A program made the translations under genes and the position numbers. The notes beneath the pieces were generated by a model. The model was not told where the DNA came from and made no database searches. It was given only the letters and a program-made list of their open reading frames with translations. Positions 19,368 through 34,017 of a stretch of DNA of 64,000 nt are shown piece by piece. Location of the stretch: assembly GCF_058153355.1 (NCBI RefSeq), contig NZ_CM177019.1; one strand, given 5' to 3'. Numbering within the stretch: position 1 is the stretch's first letter; the number at the start of each line of letters is the position of its first letter.

Positions 19368-20552
19368 ATGAAAAGGCATAGAAACGTCAATTTGTTATTG
19401 ATGTTGGTATTACTCGTGGCCGTCGGTCAGATGGCGCAAACCATTTATATTCCAGCTATTGCCGATATGGCGCGCGATCTCAACGTCCGTGAAGGGGCGG
19501 TGCAGAGCGTAATGGGCGCTTATCTGCTGACTTACGGTGTCTCGCAGCTGTTTTATGGCCCGATTTCCGACCGCGTGGGCCGCCGACCGGTGATCCTCGT
19601 CGGAATGTCCATTTTTATGCTGGCAACGCTGGTCGCGGTCACGACCTCCAGTTTGACGGTGTTGATTGCCGCCAGCGCGATGCAGGGGATGGGCACCGGC
19701 GTAGGCGGTGTAATGGCGCGTACTTTGCCGCGTGATTTATATGAACGGACACAGTTGCGCCACGCTAATAGCTTGTTAAATATGGGTATTCTCGTCAGTC
19801 CGTTGCTCGCACCGTTAATCGGCGGTCTGCTGGATACGATGTGGAACTGGCGCGCCTGTTATCTCTTCCTGTTGGTACTTTGTGCCGGTGTGACCTTCAG
19901 TATGGCGCGCTGGATGCCGGAAACGCGTCCGGTAGATGCACCACACACGCGCCTGCTTACCAGTTATAAAACGCTTTTCGGTAACAGCGGTTTTAACTGT
20001 TATTTGCTGATGCTGATTGGCGGTCTGGCCGGGATTGCCGCCTTTGAAGCCTGCTCCGGCGTGCTGATGGGTGCGGTATTAGGGCTGAGCAGTATGACGG
20101 TCAGTATTTTGTTTATTCTGCCGATTCCGGCGGCATTTTTTGGAGCATGGTTTGCCGGGCGTCCTAATAAACGATTCCCGACGTTGATGTGGCAGTCGGT
20201 TATCTGCTGCCTGCTGGCTGGCTTGCTGATGTGGATCCCCGACTGGTTTGGCGTGATGAATGTCTGGACGCTGCTCGTTCCCGCCGCGCTGTTCTTTTTC
20301 GGTGCCGGGATGCTGTTTCCGCTGGCGACCAGCGGCGCAATGGAACCGTTCCCCTTCCTGGCGGGCACGGCGGGCGCGCTGGTCGGCGGTCTGCAAAACA
20401 TTGGTTCCGGCGTGCTTGCGTCGCTCTCTGCGATGTTGCCGCAAACCGGTCAGGGCAGCCTGGGGTTGTTGATGACCTTAATGGGATTGTTGATCGTGCT
20501 GTGCTGGCTACCGCTGGCGACGCGGATGTCGCATCAGGGGCAGCCCGTTTAA
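19368..20552 (+). CDS. emrD: Multidrug efflux MFS transporter
   Basis: 394 aa from MKRHRNVN; 12-TM MFS; position after tisB as in K-12. Confidence 0.95.
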   Translation: MKRHRNVNLLLMLVLLVAVGQMAQTIYIPAIADMARDLNVREGAVQSVMGAYLLTYGVSQLFYGPISDRVGRRPVILVGMSIFMLATLVAVTTSSLTVLIAASAMQGMGTGVGGVMARTLPRDLYERTQLRHANSLLNMGILVSPLLAPLIGGLLDTMWNWRACYLFLLVLCAGVTFSMARWMPETRPVDAPHTRLLTSYKTLFGNSGFNCYLLMLIGGLAGIAAFEACSGVLMGAVLGLSSMTVSILFILPIPAAFFGAWFAGRPNKRFPTLMWQSVICCLLAGLLMWIPDWFGVMNVWTLLVPAALFFFGAGMLFPLATSGAMEPFPFLAGTAGALVGGLQNIGSGVLASLSAMLPQTGQGSLGLLMTLMGLLIVLCWLPLATRMSHQGQPV

Positions 20553-20559
20553 GCTCACG

Positions 20560-21057
20560 TCACCGCAGCATCGTCATCAGCTCCATGGGAGAACGATGCT
20601 GCTTTATCAGATCACGCATCACCCGCATATGCGGCGCGGAGTAAGAATAAAACGCCTGATAGCCCGCACAAAGCACGTTGTCTGGCGTCTCCTCCCTAGC
20701 GTGCGGGCACAGCCGATGCCAGTCGCACGCCTGGCAGCCACGGCCCGGTTGCGGGTTTTCGCTGCCACACCATTTTTGTAGGGTGGCGTCAAAAAGCTCA
20801 ATCGAGATACGACTAATATCTGCCCGTACCCAACACTCGAACAGGGCAATTAAAAATTTCCCCCACAGCTCTGCTGTCACCGAAGCGGCCGTCAGATCGC
20901 CCCGGTCATCAAATTCAAGATGGGGAATAAGCTGTACGGAGCGGATGCCCCGCTGTTTGAAATTGTAATAAAAATCGGCAGGTTGCAGAGCATCCTTATA
21001 CTCTACAACCAGTTTATGCCTGTCCTCTTCAGCATCAATGACCTGACTTCCTGTCAT
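20560..21057 (-). CDS. yidF: Putative sulfatase-maturation protein (Cys-rich SPASM-like domain)
   Basis: 165 aa with a Cys cluster (CxxCxxxxxCPHA), upstream of the yidJ sulfatase in the same orientation. Confidence 0.85.
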   Translation of the reverse strand: MTGSQVIDAEEDRHKLVVEYKDALQPADFYYNFKQRGIRSVQLIPHLEFDDRGDLTAASVTAELWGKFLIALFECWVRADISRISIELFDATLQKWCGSENPQPGRGCQACDWHRLCPHAREETPDNVLCAGYQAFYSYSAPHMRVMRDLIKQHRSPMELMTMLR

Positions 21058-21416
21058 GCGACTCTCTCAATAAATACGATAAGTTGATGTATATGCGTTA
21101 CAGCAAACAGTATTGCGAGAGATAACACCGCGAGGGAGATCAAAAATTTGTCACGGACTACGTGAAATTGGGAAAAATCGCTATTCGTGACATCCATTAA
21201 ATTGCGATTACGGGTGTAGTGCCAGAGGATCAGCGCCACGATGGCGAGGATGCCAATCGAAATCCAGAATAACATGCCCGCCTGGTGCCAGTTGTGTTTG
21301 ATAGCCAACGCCATCAACGCGCCATAGCCCAGCATGGTACGAAACCACGCCAGCGATGTACGCTCCGGCTGCAGCCCTGGGTCGGCAATGCGTCTGGCTT
21401 TGCGGCTATCCGGCAT
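21054..21416 (-). CDS. yidG: Inner-membrane protein (DUF202 family)
   Basis: 120 aa, hydrophobic; overlaps yidF and yidH. Confidence 0.8.
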   Translation of the reverse strand: MPDSRKARRIADPGLQPERTSLAWFRTMLGYGALMALAIKHNWHQAGMLFWISIGILAIVALILWHYTRNRNLMDVTNSDFSQFHVVRDKFLISLAVLSLAILFAVTHIHQLIVFIERVA

Positions 21417-21753
21417 ACAACACCAGTCCCATAACGATCACCGCCACGACCATCAATATTAAGCTGATGATTAATAAGCTGTTGGTATAGGGCAGGTCCT
21501 CTTTCAGACGCATCGCTTTTTCATTGAGTAACCAGCGCAAGTAGCCATACATCGCTAACCCGCCGGAAAACAGACACAACAACAACGCCAGCAGTTCGCG
21601 AATGACGGGCGTGGCGAAATCTGGCGCAAGTTGATCAAGCCCAACCCCCGCCGCCAGAAATCCTAGTGCAGTACGGATCCACGCCAAAAAAGTACGCTCA
21701 TTAGCCAGCGAGAAGCGGTAATCGGGCGCTTCTCCGAGGCGGGAAATTTTCAT
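21406..21753 (-). CDS. yidH: Inner-membrane protein (DUF202 family)
   Basis: 115 aa, hydrophobic; paralogous to yidG. Confidence 0.8.
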   Translation of the reverse strand: MKISRLGEAPDYRFSLANERTFLAWIRTALGFLAAGVGLDQLAPDFATPVIRELLALLLCLFSGGLAMYGYLRWLLNEKAMRLKEDLPYTNSLLIISLILMVVAVIVMGLVLYAG

Positions 21754-21860
21754 TGTTGCTCCTTTGCAATTTCACTAACGCTCTACCTTTAGCGGTTTTT
21801 TTAAGAATTTCGTCCGCCCGTTTCCTGATATGCTTTTGCCATCCGCTACAAGGAGGTCAG

Positions 21861-22310
21861 ATGGGTATCATAGCGCAAAATAAAATCAGTTCATTGGGCA
21901 TGCTGTTCGGTGCCATCGCTTTAATGATGGGGATTATCCACTTTTCATTCGGCCCTTTTTCCACACCACCGCCAACGCTTGAAAGCATCGTGGCGGACAA
22001 AACGGCTGAAATTAAAACAGGTCTTCTCGCCGGAATAAAAGGCGAAAAAATTACCACCGTGGAGAAAAAAGAGGATGTAGATGTCGATAAAATCCTCGAT
22101 CAAGGTGGAATCGCACTGGCCATTGCCGCGCTACTTTGCGCATTTGTTGGCGGTATGCGTAAGGAAAATCGCTGGGGCATTCGCGGCGCGCTGGTTTTTG
22201 GCGGCGGGACGCTGGCTTTCCATACCTTACTTTTTGGCATCGGCATCATCTGCAGCCTTCTGCTGATATTCCTGATGTTTTCTTTCCTGACCGGCAGTTC
22301 ACTGGTTTAA
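21861..22310 (+). CDS. yidI: Inner-membrane protein
   Basis: 149 aa from MGIIAQNK with AGGAGG Shine-Dalgarno 5 nt upstream; the track ORF starts further upstream. Confidence 0.8.
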   Translation: MGIIAQNKISSLGMLFGAIALMMGIIHFSFGPFSTPPPTLESIVADKTAEIKTGLLAGIKGEKITTVEKKEDVDVDKILDQGGIALAIAALLCAFVGGMRKENRWGIRGALVFGGGTLAFHTLLFGIGIICSLLLIFLMFSFLTGSSLV

Positions 22311-22358
22311 GCAGCCTGAATATTTTGCCCGCTGGGTTATCGCCAACGGGCATTGTCG

Positions 22359-23852
22359 TCAAAACTTCTGTTTTTTCTCTTCCACCTTCACCCCTTGTGT
22401 TGGCAGGCCGGTGTCATAGTCGCGTACTACCGGCGAATAGCCATCCTGTGGGCGTGGACGGAACGCCCCCATCCAGCGCGGTTGCGCATCTTTACGCCAC
22501 GGACGCAGACTCCATTGGTAACTGCGGAACGGATCGCGAATGTTGTCCATGTAATCCAGCAAGGCGTCATGCATTTTGCGGCGAACGTCGGTAAAACGGA
22601 TATCATCGATCAGGTTATGCATTTCATTTGGGTCGTTACGGCGATCGTAAAGTTCATCACTGGTGAAAAGGTTTAGCACCAGTTTAAAATCATCCGTCAC
22701 CCAGCAACGCACCGGAATAAAACCGCCAAAGCTGTCATGCTCAATCTCATAACGGTTAAATTCCACCATCACGCCACGCGGCTCTTTCACAGCAAGGATA
22801 TTTTCCCCTGGCAGAATGTCTGGTTTTTCAATATCTGCCAGCGCCATCATTGTCGGCAGTAAGTCAATATGGCTGACAGGTGTATCGACCTGTCGCCGCT
22901 CCCCTTGCGGTGAACGGATGATCAGCGGAATACGGGTGATGTCGTCATACATCGCGGCTCCTTTACTGATCAGCTTATGTGCGCCCATCATTTCGCCGTG
23001 ATCGGAGGTATAAATGACCCACGTACTTTCACGCTGCTCTGGCGTTAATGCGTTGATGACCCGTCCGATTTGGTCATCAACAAAGTCATTGCAGGCAAAA
23101 TAGAGCGGATGGTGATAAAGCCCGTCATCACCGACTGGCGATGGCATCGCCTGCGCCCATAAGCGGTGATGTTCCGGTTTGTTCGCCAGGTCATCCTGTG
23201 ATTTCTCGCCAAGTTCGTAGTAAAAATCAGCGTATTTCTCTAAATACTCCACCGGACAGGTGAACGGGTGATGCGGCTCATCATACGAAACCACCATCAG
23301 GAAGGGTTCCTCGGCGCGCGCGGGCTGTTGCAGAAAATCTACCGCCCGATTGCTGATGCGGTGCGCCCAGGTGAAGGTTTCGTCGATCTGGTTCGCCTGT
23401 AAATCCTCAACGCTGTTTAGGCCATTGCGCCACAGGCTGATCTCTTTTTCCGTCAGTTCGCTAAGGTAGTTCGCCCCATCGAACCAGTAATCAGCGTCCC
23501 ACTCCGGCGGACACTCGCCAGTGCCGAAATAGTCATGACCGTCGAGATGCCATTTGCCAATGTAACAGGTGTGATAGCCCGCATCCTTAAAGTAGCGTCC
23601 CATAGTGGAGATGTTTTTGCCCGGCGCGACGTTATTGGTCCACGGGCCGGACTGGTTAGCGTAGATACCGGTAAACAGCCCGGCGCGCGCTGGTGTACAA
23701 ACCGGTGAACAGGTATAGGCGGAATTAAAGCGAATACTTTCCGCCGCCAGACTATCAATATTTTGCGTATTCAGCGGCTTACCGCTATAGCAACCGACCA
23801 TATTGGTGGCCTGGGTATCGGTCATGATGAACAGAAAATTGGGGCGTTTCAT
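22359..23852 (-). CDS. yidJ: Cys-type sulfatase
   Basis: 497 aa; sulfatase C-x-P-x-R signature (CTPAR) near the N-terminus. Confidence 0.9.
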   Translation of the reverse strand: MKRPNFLFIMTDTQATNMVGCYSGKPLNTQNIDSLAAESIRFNSAYTCSPVCTPARAGLFTGIYANQSGPWTNNVAPGKNISTMGRYFKDAGYHTCYIGKWHLDGHDYFGTGECPPEWDADYWFDGANYLSELTEKEISLWRNGLNSVEDLQANQIDETFTWAHRISNRAVDFLQQPARAEEPFLMVVSYDEPHHPFTCPVEYLEKYADFYYELGEKSQDDLANKPEHHRLWAQAMPSPVGDDGLYHHPLYFACNDFVDDQIGRVINALTPEQRESTWVIYTSDHGEMMGAHKLISKGAAMYDDITRIPLIIRSPQGERRQVDTPVSHIDLLPTMMALADIEKPDILPGENILAVKEPRGVMVEFNRYEIEHDSFGGFIPVRCWVTDDFKLVLNLFTSDELYDRRNDPNEMHNLIDDIRFTDVRRKMHDALLDYMDNIRDPFRSYQWSLRPWRKDAQPRWMGAFRPRPQDGYSPVVRDYDTGLPTQGVKVEEKKQKF

Positions 23853-25564
23853 AGGCTATCCTTCGCGTCGGGAGTAAAGGTTACGGCTGGGTCGTGACGA
23901 TGCCGCCAGCTGTCAAAAATCAGGTAGACAATCACTACTGCAGCGATGAAATAACTGATCATCGCTAACCAGCGCGTACCGTAGCCGCCGAATTCAGCCA
24001 GCCCGGCATAGACGCCAATCATAGCGAACAGGATACCAATTGACGCGATCTTGACGTTTTTCCACGGTTTCATGTCCACCGCAAACGCATCTTTGAAGGT
24101 GAACGGCGTGGCGCGCGGTTTGATAAAACCGATCACCAGCATCACTACCACGTTGATACAGAACGTACAGGCCAGCACATAGAGGAAATGGAAGTCGAAC
24201 TTCACCAGATAGTTGATGGTGATGTAGCTGATTATGCCAATCCCCATCGCCACTTTTGCCGCCAGCGCCGGAATGCGGGGGAAGAAAAAGCCCATAATGA
24301 TGATGGTAACCAGCGGCACGTTGTAAATACCGTTGAGCTGTTTCATCCAGCTATACAGCCCCTGCGGCGCGTTGGCGATCCACGGCGCGACCAGCACCGA
24401 AACGATGGCGATAAAGAAACCAAATTTGCGCCCAACGGTGACCAGCTGTTGCGGCTCGGCATTCTGGTTAATGATGCGCCGGTAAATACCCATACTGAAT
24501 AACGTACTGGCGCTATTCAGAAAGCCGTTGAAGGTACTGATCACCGCACCAAATAACACCGCGCCGAAGAAACCCACCAGTGGCACTGGCAGAACGTTAT
24601 TGACCAGCGTCGGGTAGGCCATGTCGGCTTTAGGTAAATCCTGATACAGATGAAACGCAATCAACCCTGGCAGCACCAGTACCAGCGGGTCGAGCATTTT
24701 CAGCACCGCCGTTAACAGCGCCCCCTTTTGCCCTTCCGCCAGGCTTTTTGACGCCAGCGTGCGTTGCACGATGCCCTGATTTGTACACCAGTAAAAGGTG
24801 TTCACCAGAATCAAACCGGTAAATGCCGCGCCAATCGGCAAGGGATCGGTCGGGCCACCGACTGAGTTTAATTTCTCGGCGTGAACGGTGGTGAGTTGCT
24901 CAATGCCCTGCATAAAGCTACCCTTGCCCATCGCGATCAGGCCAAATACCGGCACCATCAACCCGCCGATAACCAGCCCAATACCGTTGATGGAGTCCGC
25001 CACTGCCATTGCGCGCAGCCCACCAATCACCGCATACAGAATCCCCGCCAGACCGAGCAAAATCACCAGTAACCAGATAGCCGCACCGTGAGAAATTTGT
25101 AACGATTCCCCGACGTGAAACAGGCTGTTGAGCGCCAACGCGCCGGAGTAGAGAACAATCGGCAGAAAGCAGACACCGGTGGCAATGAGGAAGCAGAAGT
25201 CGATGATAATACGCGTCGTTTTATCATAACGTTCCTCCAGGAAATCGGGGATGGTGGCAATGCCACGCTTCAGATAGCGCGGTAAAAAGATTAGCGCGAG
25301 GAAGATCAGCGTCACCGCAGAAGTGACTTCCCAGCCCATCACCGACATGCCGCTTTTGTAGGCCTGCCCGGAAAGTCCAACCAGTTGTTCCGTGGAAAGG
25401 TTGGTTAACATTAACGAAGCGGCAATAACCGGCGCTTTTAGTGAACGTCCGGCAAGAAAATAGCCTTGTTGCGATCCGGTATCTGTTTTGCGGACCTTCC
25501 ACCAGGTGATGACCGCCACCAGCAGCGTAAAACCGACAAAACTCAAGATTTGTAACGAATTCAT
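23849..25564 (-). CDS. yidK: Sodium:solute symporter (SSS family) transporter
   Basis: 571 aa polytopic membrane protein; overlaps yidJ start by 4 nt. Confidence 0.9.
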   Translation of the reverse strand: MNSLQILSFVGFTLLVAVITWWKVRKTDTGSQQGYFLAGRSLKAPVIAASLMLTNLSTEQLVGLSGQAYKSGMSVMGWEVTSAVTLIFLALIFLPRYLKRGIATIPDFLEERYDKTTRIIIDFCFLIATGVCFLPIVLYSGALALNSLFHVGESLQISHGAAIWLLVILLGLAGILYAVIGGLRAMAVADSINGIGLVIGGLMVPVFGLIAMGKGSFMQGIEQLTTVHAEKLNSVGGPTDPLPIGAAFTGLILVNTFYWCTNQGIVQRTLASKSLAEGQKGALLTAVLKMLDPLVLVLPGLIAFHLYQDLPKADMAYPTLVNNVLPVPLVGFFGAVLFGAVISTFNGFLNSASTLFSMGIYRRIINQNAEPQQLVTVGRKFGFFIAIVSVLVAPWIANAPQGLYSWMKQLNGIYNVPLVTIIIMGFFFPRIPALAAKVAMGIGIISYITINYLVKFDFHFLYVLACTFCINVVVMLVIGFIKPRATPFTFKDAFAVDMKPWKNVKIASIGILFAMIGVYAGLAEFGGYGTRWLAMISYFIAAVVIVYLIFDSWRHRHDPAVTFTPDAKDSL

Positions 25565-25730
25565 CTCATAGCCCTTATTTATGTTTATGTCCCGGACGCA
25601 TGAATATAGGGAGAGGTAAAATGCGTCGGGTCAGGCAGTCAGATTCTTAAAATACAAACGTCGTATCCCTGAACGGATTGTTTTCTGTTAAGTTCAGGTT
25701 GTGAGCATAATTCGCCGGAGGGATATTAAA

Positions 25731-29559
<3,829 letters not shown>

Positions 29560-29854
29560 TTCCACATCCTCTTTTCTCAATTCTGTAAGTAGGAAGCCTG
29601 ATTGGTTATGCGGCAGGCCTGGAGCGAGGATAGGAAGATGCGATCGGCAGAACATGACGACCCAGTGGGATTCGTGATCGCTTTCATGCTTTTCGTTGGG
29701 CGGTAGAGATCTACGTTTTCGCAAAAAAGTAGACATCTGTGAGCACTGGTACACAGCATCGAACACATCTTTAAAAAAAAGATGTTTTTTCAATCGATTA
29801 AGCAGAACTTGTGGGCGCATTACCCGGGCTTACAGGCAAAAAAGAGATCTAGAG

Positions 29855-30571
29855 ATGATCTACAAAAGCATTGCGGAGCGGTTAAGAATTCGACTTAATT
29901 CCGCAGATTTCACGCTAAACAGCCTTCTTCCCGGTGAAAAAAAGCTGGCGGAAGAGTTTGCGGTATCGCGGATGACCATCCGTAAAGCCATTGATCTGCT
30001 GGTAGCGTGGGGGCTGGTGGTCCGCCGCCACGGTAGCGGTACTTACCTGGTGCGCAAAGATGTATTGCATCAAACCGCCAGCCTGACCGGGCTGGTGGAG
30101 GTGTTAAAACACCAAGGAAAAACGGTCACCAGCCAGGTGCTGATTTTTGAAATCATGCCTGCGCCTCCGGCCATTGCCAGCCAGTTACGGATTCAAATCA
30201 ACGAGCAGATCTACTTCTCCCGTCGCGTTCGTTTTGTGGAAGGGAAACCGCTGATGCTGGAAGACAGCTATATGCCGGTAAAACTGTTCCGCAACCTATC
30301 GCTGCAACATCTGGAAGGGTCGAAGTTTGAATATATTGAACAAGAGTGCGGGATTCTTATTGGCGGTAATTATGAAAGCCTGACGCCGGTTCTCGCCGAT
30401 AGACTGCTGGCGCGGCAAATGAAGGTAGCGGAACACACACCACTGCTGCGGATCACCTCGTTGTCATATAGTGAGAGCGGTGAGTTTTTGAATTATTCAG
30501 TGATGTTCAGAAATGCCTGTGAATACCAAGTGGAGTACCATTTACGGCGACTCCACCCGGAAAAGAGTTAA
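29855..30571 (+). CDS. yidP: GntR-family (HutC subfamily) transcriptional regulator
   Basis: 238 aa from [11 protein letters not shown]-terminal winged HTH plus UTRA-like domain; divergent from the glv operon. Confidence 0.85.
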
Positions 30572-32229
30572 CCGATACTCCAAAAGAGCACCGCCAGTAA
30601 TTGTGGGGTGATAATGCGCAGGAACATCACCAACGGATAGACAGTGGCATAAGAGAGTGCCGCCGCACCGCTGGTTGGATGAAGATTATTAGCAAATGCC
30701 AGCGCCGGAGGATCGGTCATGGAGCCAGCCAGCATCCCGCACATGGTCAGGTAATTCATTTTGGCTAACATCCGCGCCAGAATGCCGACCGTAATCAGCG
30801 GAACGGCGGTGATGAGAGCACCATAACCAATCCAGCTTAGCCCTTCGCCATTGACCAGGGTATTGACAAAATCCCCACCGGATTTCAGACCTACTACCGA
30901 GAGGAACAACACGATCCCCAACTCCCGCAGCGCGAGGTTAGCACTTGGCGGCATAAACCAGTACAGCTTGCCGATACTGCCGATACGCCCGAGGATCAAC
31001 GCCATAATCAGCGGACCGCCCGCCAGTCCCAGTTTCAACGCTGCCGGGAATCCCGGCACAAAGACGGGAATAGAACCTAACAATACGCCAAGCCCGATAC
31101 CAATAAACACCGGCAGCATCTGAACCTGTTGCAGTTTCTGCTGCGCATTCCCCAGCACATTGGCAACGGCATCAATTGCGGACGGACGCCCCACCAGGTT
31201 GAGGATATCGCCGAACTGCAGGCTGATATCACCACTGGCGACCAGTTCGACCCCAGCACGGTTCAGACGCGAAATAACAACGTCATAGCGTTCTTTAAAG
31301 TGCAGATCGCGAATACGCTTACCAAGCACGTTTTCATTGGTGACCACCACACGCTCGACGCGTAAATCAGTGCCTTTCGTGGACAGCGAGGTATCGACCT
31401 CCTGACCAATCACCAGTTGCGCATTATGTAAATCCGCTGGCTGCCCCACCAGATGCAGCAAATCGCCCAGTTGGATAATAGTATCTGGCGAAGGTACTTT
31501 TAGGGTTTCTTCTCGTTTCAGACGCGAACAGATAATTTTGTCCCCGTTGAGAATCGGTACATCTTTAATGGCTAAATCATGCAGGTTAGGGTTCTCAACG
31601 CGAATATTGATAGTCCTGATCAGCGCGCCGCCATTGGTGCGTGAAGACTCGTGCTGCTGGGCTTCTGTCTCGACATTGACGCGGAAAATAACCCGCAACA
31701 TCCACATGGTGAACAAAATCCCGCAAATGCCGAATGGATACGCCATCGCGTAACTCATCCCCATCTGATCGACCATTTCCATTGGTGTACCCAGGTCGCG
31801 CAAGATCTGCTGCCCTGCCCCCAGTGCTGGCGTATTGGTTACCGCACCGGAGAAAATCCCCAGCACGACCGGCAGTGGAATATCAAACAGTTTATGCAGG
31901 ATGGCGGTAACCAGACCACCGATGATGACGATCAGAACAGCAAACAGGTTGAGACGTAATCCGGAGACGCGCAATGAGGCAAAGAAGCCCGGCCCCACCT
32001 GAATACCGATGGTATAAACGAACAGGATCAGGCCAAATTCCTGAATAACATGCAGCATATCGCTACTTAATGTCATCCCCGCCTGAGAAACAAAATGGCC
32101 GACGATGATCCCACCAAACAGCACGCCGCCAATACCTAATCCTATGCCGCGAAATTTGACGTTGCCGATAAACAAACCGACGACTGCCACCAAAGCCAGA
32201 ATACTGACCGTTAATGCTATATCACTCAT
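30568..32229 (-). CDS. yidE: AAE-family transporter with TrkA-C domains
   Basis: About 553 aa from [12 protein letters not shown]; duplicated membrane domains flanking cytoplasmic RCK_C domains. Confidence 0.9.
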
Positions 32230-32424
32230 CGTCCATTTCTCTTGAGATAACATTTTAATTGCTACGGATTATGGCTGAATCGGTGAAGCAGATTTGCCTT
32301 ATAGCGCACATTATCACGGGAAAGAACGTGCCGAAATATCTTAAACAGGCGAAATTTAACGCTTTGTTGAGTAAGAAAGACAAAAAAAGCCCCACCAGAA
32401 TGGTGGGGCAAAGAGAATAGCTAG

Positions 32425-32853
32425 TTAGCTATTTAACGCGGGACGTTCGCTGATAGCGATACGCTGCGCTGCGATGGGTTCAGGCTCATTACGAATTAAA
32501 TCAATATGCAGTAAACCGTTTACGAAGGTTGCACCAGAGACTTCCATATTTTCAGCCAGCGTAAAGCTCAGGCTAAATGGCTGATTCATAAGCCCTTGAT
32601 GCAGCCATTTTTTCTCTTCTTTTGGCTGCTCCGGCGTGCCTTTTACGCTCAGGCGCGTACCTTCCAGTTGAATATCTAAATCTTCCTGACGAAAACCTGC
32701 CAGCGCAAGGGTAATGCGGTAGTGGTTATCGTCGCTTTTCTCAATGTTGTACGGCGGGAAGCTCTGGCTTTCACCGGCGTTTTGCAGTGCGTTGGCCAGT
32801 TTGTCAAAACCGATCCATTGACGCATCAGTGGGGATAAATCGAAGTTACGCAT
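32425..32853 (-). CDS. ibpB: Small heat-shock protein
   Basis: 142 aa from [19 protein letters not shown]; alpha-crystallin domain; paralog of ibpA. Confidence 0.92.
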   Translation of the reverse strand: MRNFDLSPLMRQWIGFDKLANALQNAGESQSFPPYNIEKSDDNHYRITLALAGFRQEDLDIQLEGTRLSVKGTPEQPKEEKKWLHQGLMNQPFSLSFTLAENMEVSGATFVNGLLHIDLIRNEPEPIAAQRIAISERPALNS

Positions 32854-32964
32854 AGTCATTTCTCCTTCTAAGAAGCGAGTAAGTACCTGCAAATCCGAAG
32901 ATTCGCATATGCTCCCTGACGGCGAGCATGGAGATATCAGGCCGCGCCAGGCGGCCTTAGGGAA

Positions 32965-33378
32965 TTAGTTGATTTCGATACGGCGCGGTTTTTTCGCTTC
33001 CGGAATCACACGTTCGAGATCGATATACAGCAAACCATTTACCAGGTTAGCACCACGAACATGAATGTTCTCAGCTAACTGGAATTTGCGTTCAAAGTTG
33101 CGTTCAGCGATGCCCTGGTACAGATAGGTGCGTTCTTTTTGTTCGTCGGCATGAGCACCTTTCACCACCAACAGATTATCCTGGGCGGTAATTTCCAGTT
33201 CGCTCTCAGCAAAACCAGCCACAGCGATAGCAATGCGGTAATGGTTTTCGTCTACCAGTTCAACGTTATACGGAGGGTAGCCGCCATTACTCTGGCTCTG
33301 GTTGTTTTCTAAGTGGTTAAACAAACGGTCAAATCCAATAGCAGAACGGTAAAGCGGGGATAAATCAAAGTTACGCAT
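32965..33378 (-). CDS. ibpA: Small heat-shock protein
   Basis: 137 aa recognised as IbpA. Confidence 0.95.
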
Positions 33379-33480
33379 AATAAATAGCTCCTGAAATCAG
33401 CGAGAATGTAAGACCTTCCACAATGGACAGGTCAGGTAGCCAGAACACCCATCAGGCGCGTCCTCATCGGCTACGATGTA

Positions 33481-33509
33481 AAAATGGGTCTGGAAATGCA
33501 CTTTTCAAG
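33481..33509 (-). promoter_or_regulatory. Sigma-32 heat-shock promoter of ibpAB
   Basis: On the minus strand CTTGAAA, 14 nt, CCCATTTT matches the sigma-32 -35/-10 consensus; leaves a roughly 95-nt 5' UTR, which in ibpA is a known RNA thermometer. Confidence 0.55.
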
Positions 33510-33683
33510 CCTTATCAGCGGACTTTTTTTTGCAGTTTATGGTCTATTGCATAGACTGAGGGGGCAGCACGAAACGTTAAAGTGCGATAGCCGCCACAGT
33601 GCGACGTAATGATGATGTTATTTTCAGCAAGGGATCGCTATAACTCATCAGGCCAACACCCACGATCAACAGATGAATTTATT

Positions 33684-34016
33684 ATGATAAGAAATGTGTT
33701 GTTAGCGTTCATGATATGCAGCGGAATGACATTACTCGGAGGATGCTCCAGCGTGATGTCCCATACCGGGGGAAAAGAAGGAACGTATCCCGGCACCCGC
33801 GCCAGCGCCACCATGATTGGCGACGATGAAACCAACTGGGGCACTAAGTCGCTGGCGATTCTCGATATGCCGTTTACCGCTGTGATGGACACGCTTTTAC
33901 TGCCGTGGGATGTGTTCCGCAAAGACAGCTCGGTGCGCTCACGCGTTGAAAAAAGCGAAGCCAACGCGCAAGCCACCAATGCGGTTATTCCACCGGCCAG
34001 AATGCCTGATAACTGA
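33684..34016 (+). CDS. yidQ: Small outer-membrane lipoprotein
   Basis: 110 aa from MIRNVLLAFMICSGMTLLGGCSS (lipobox); the track ORF starts upstream. Confidence 0.8.
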   Translation: MIRNVLLAFMICSGMTLLGGCSSVMSHTGGKEGTYPGTRASATMIGDDETNWGTKSLAILDMPFTAVMDTLLLPWDVFRKDSSVRSRVEKSEANAQATNAVIPPARMPDN

Positions 34017-34017
34017 T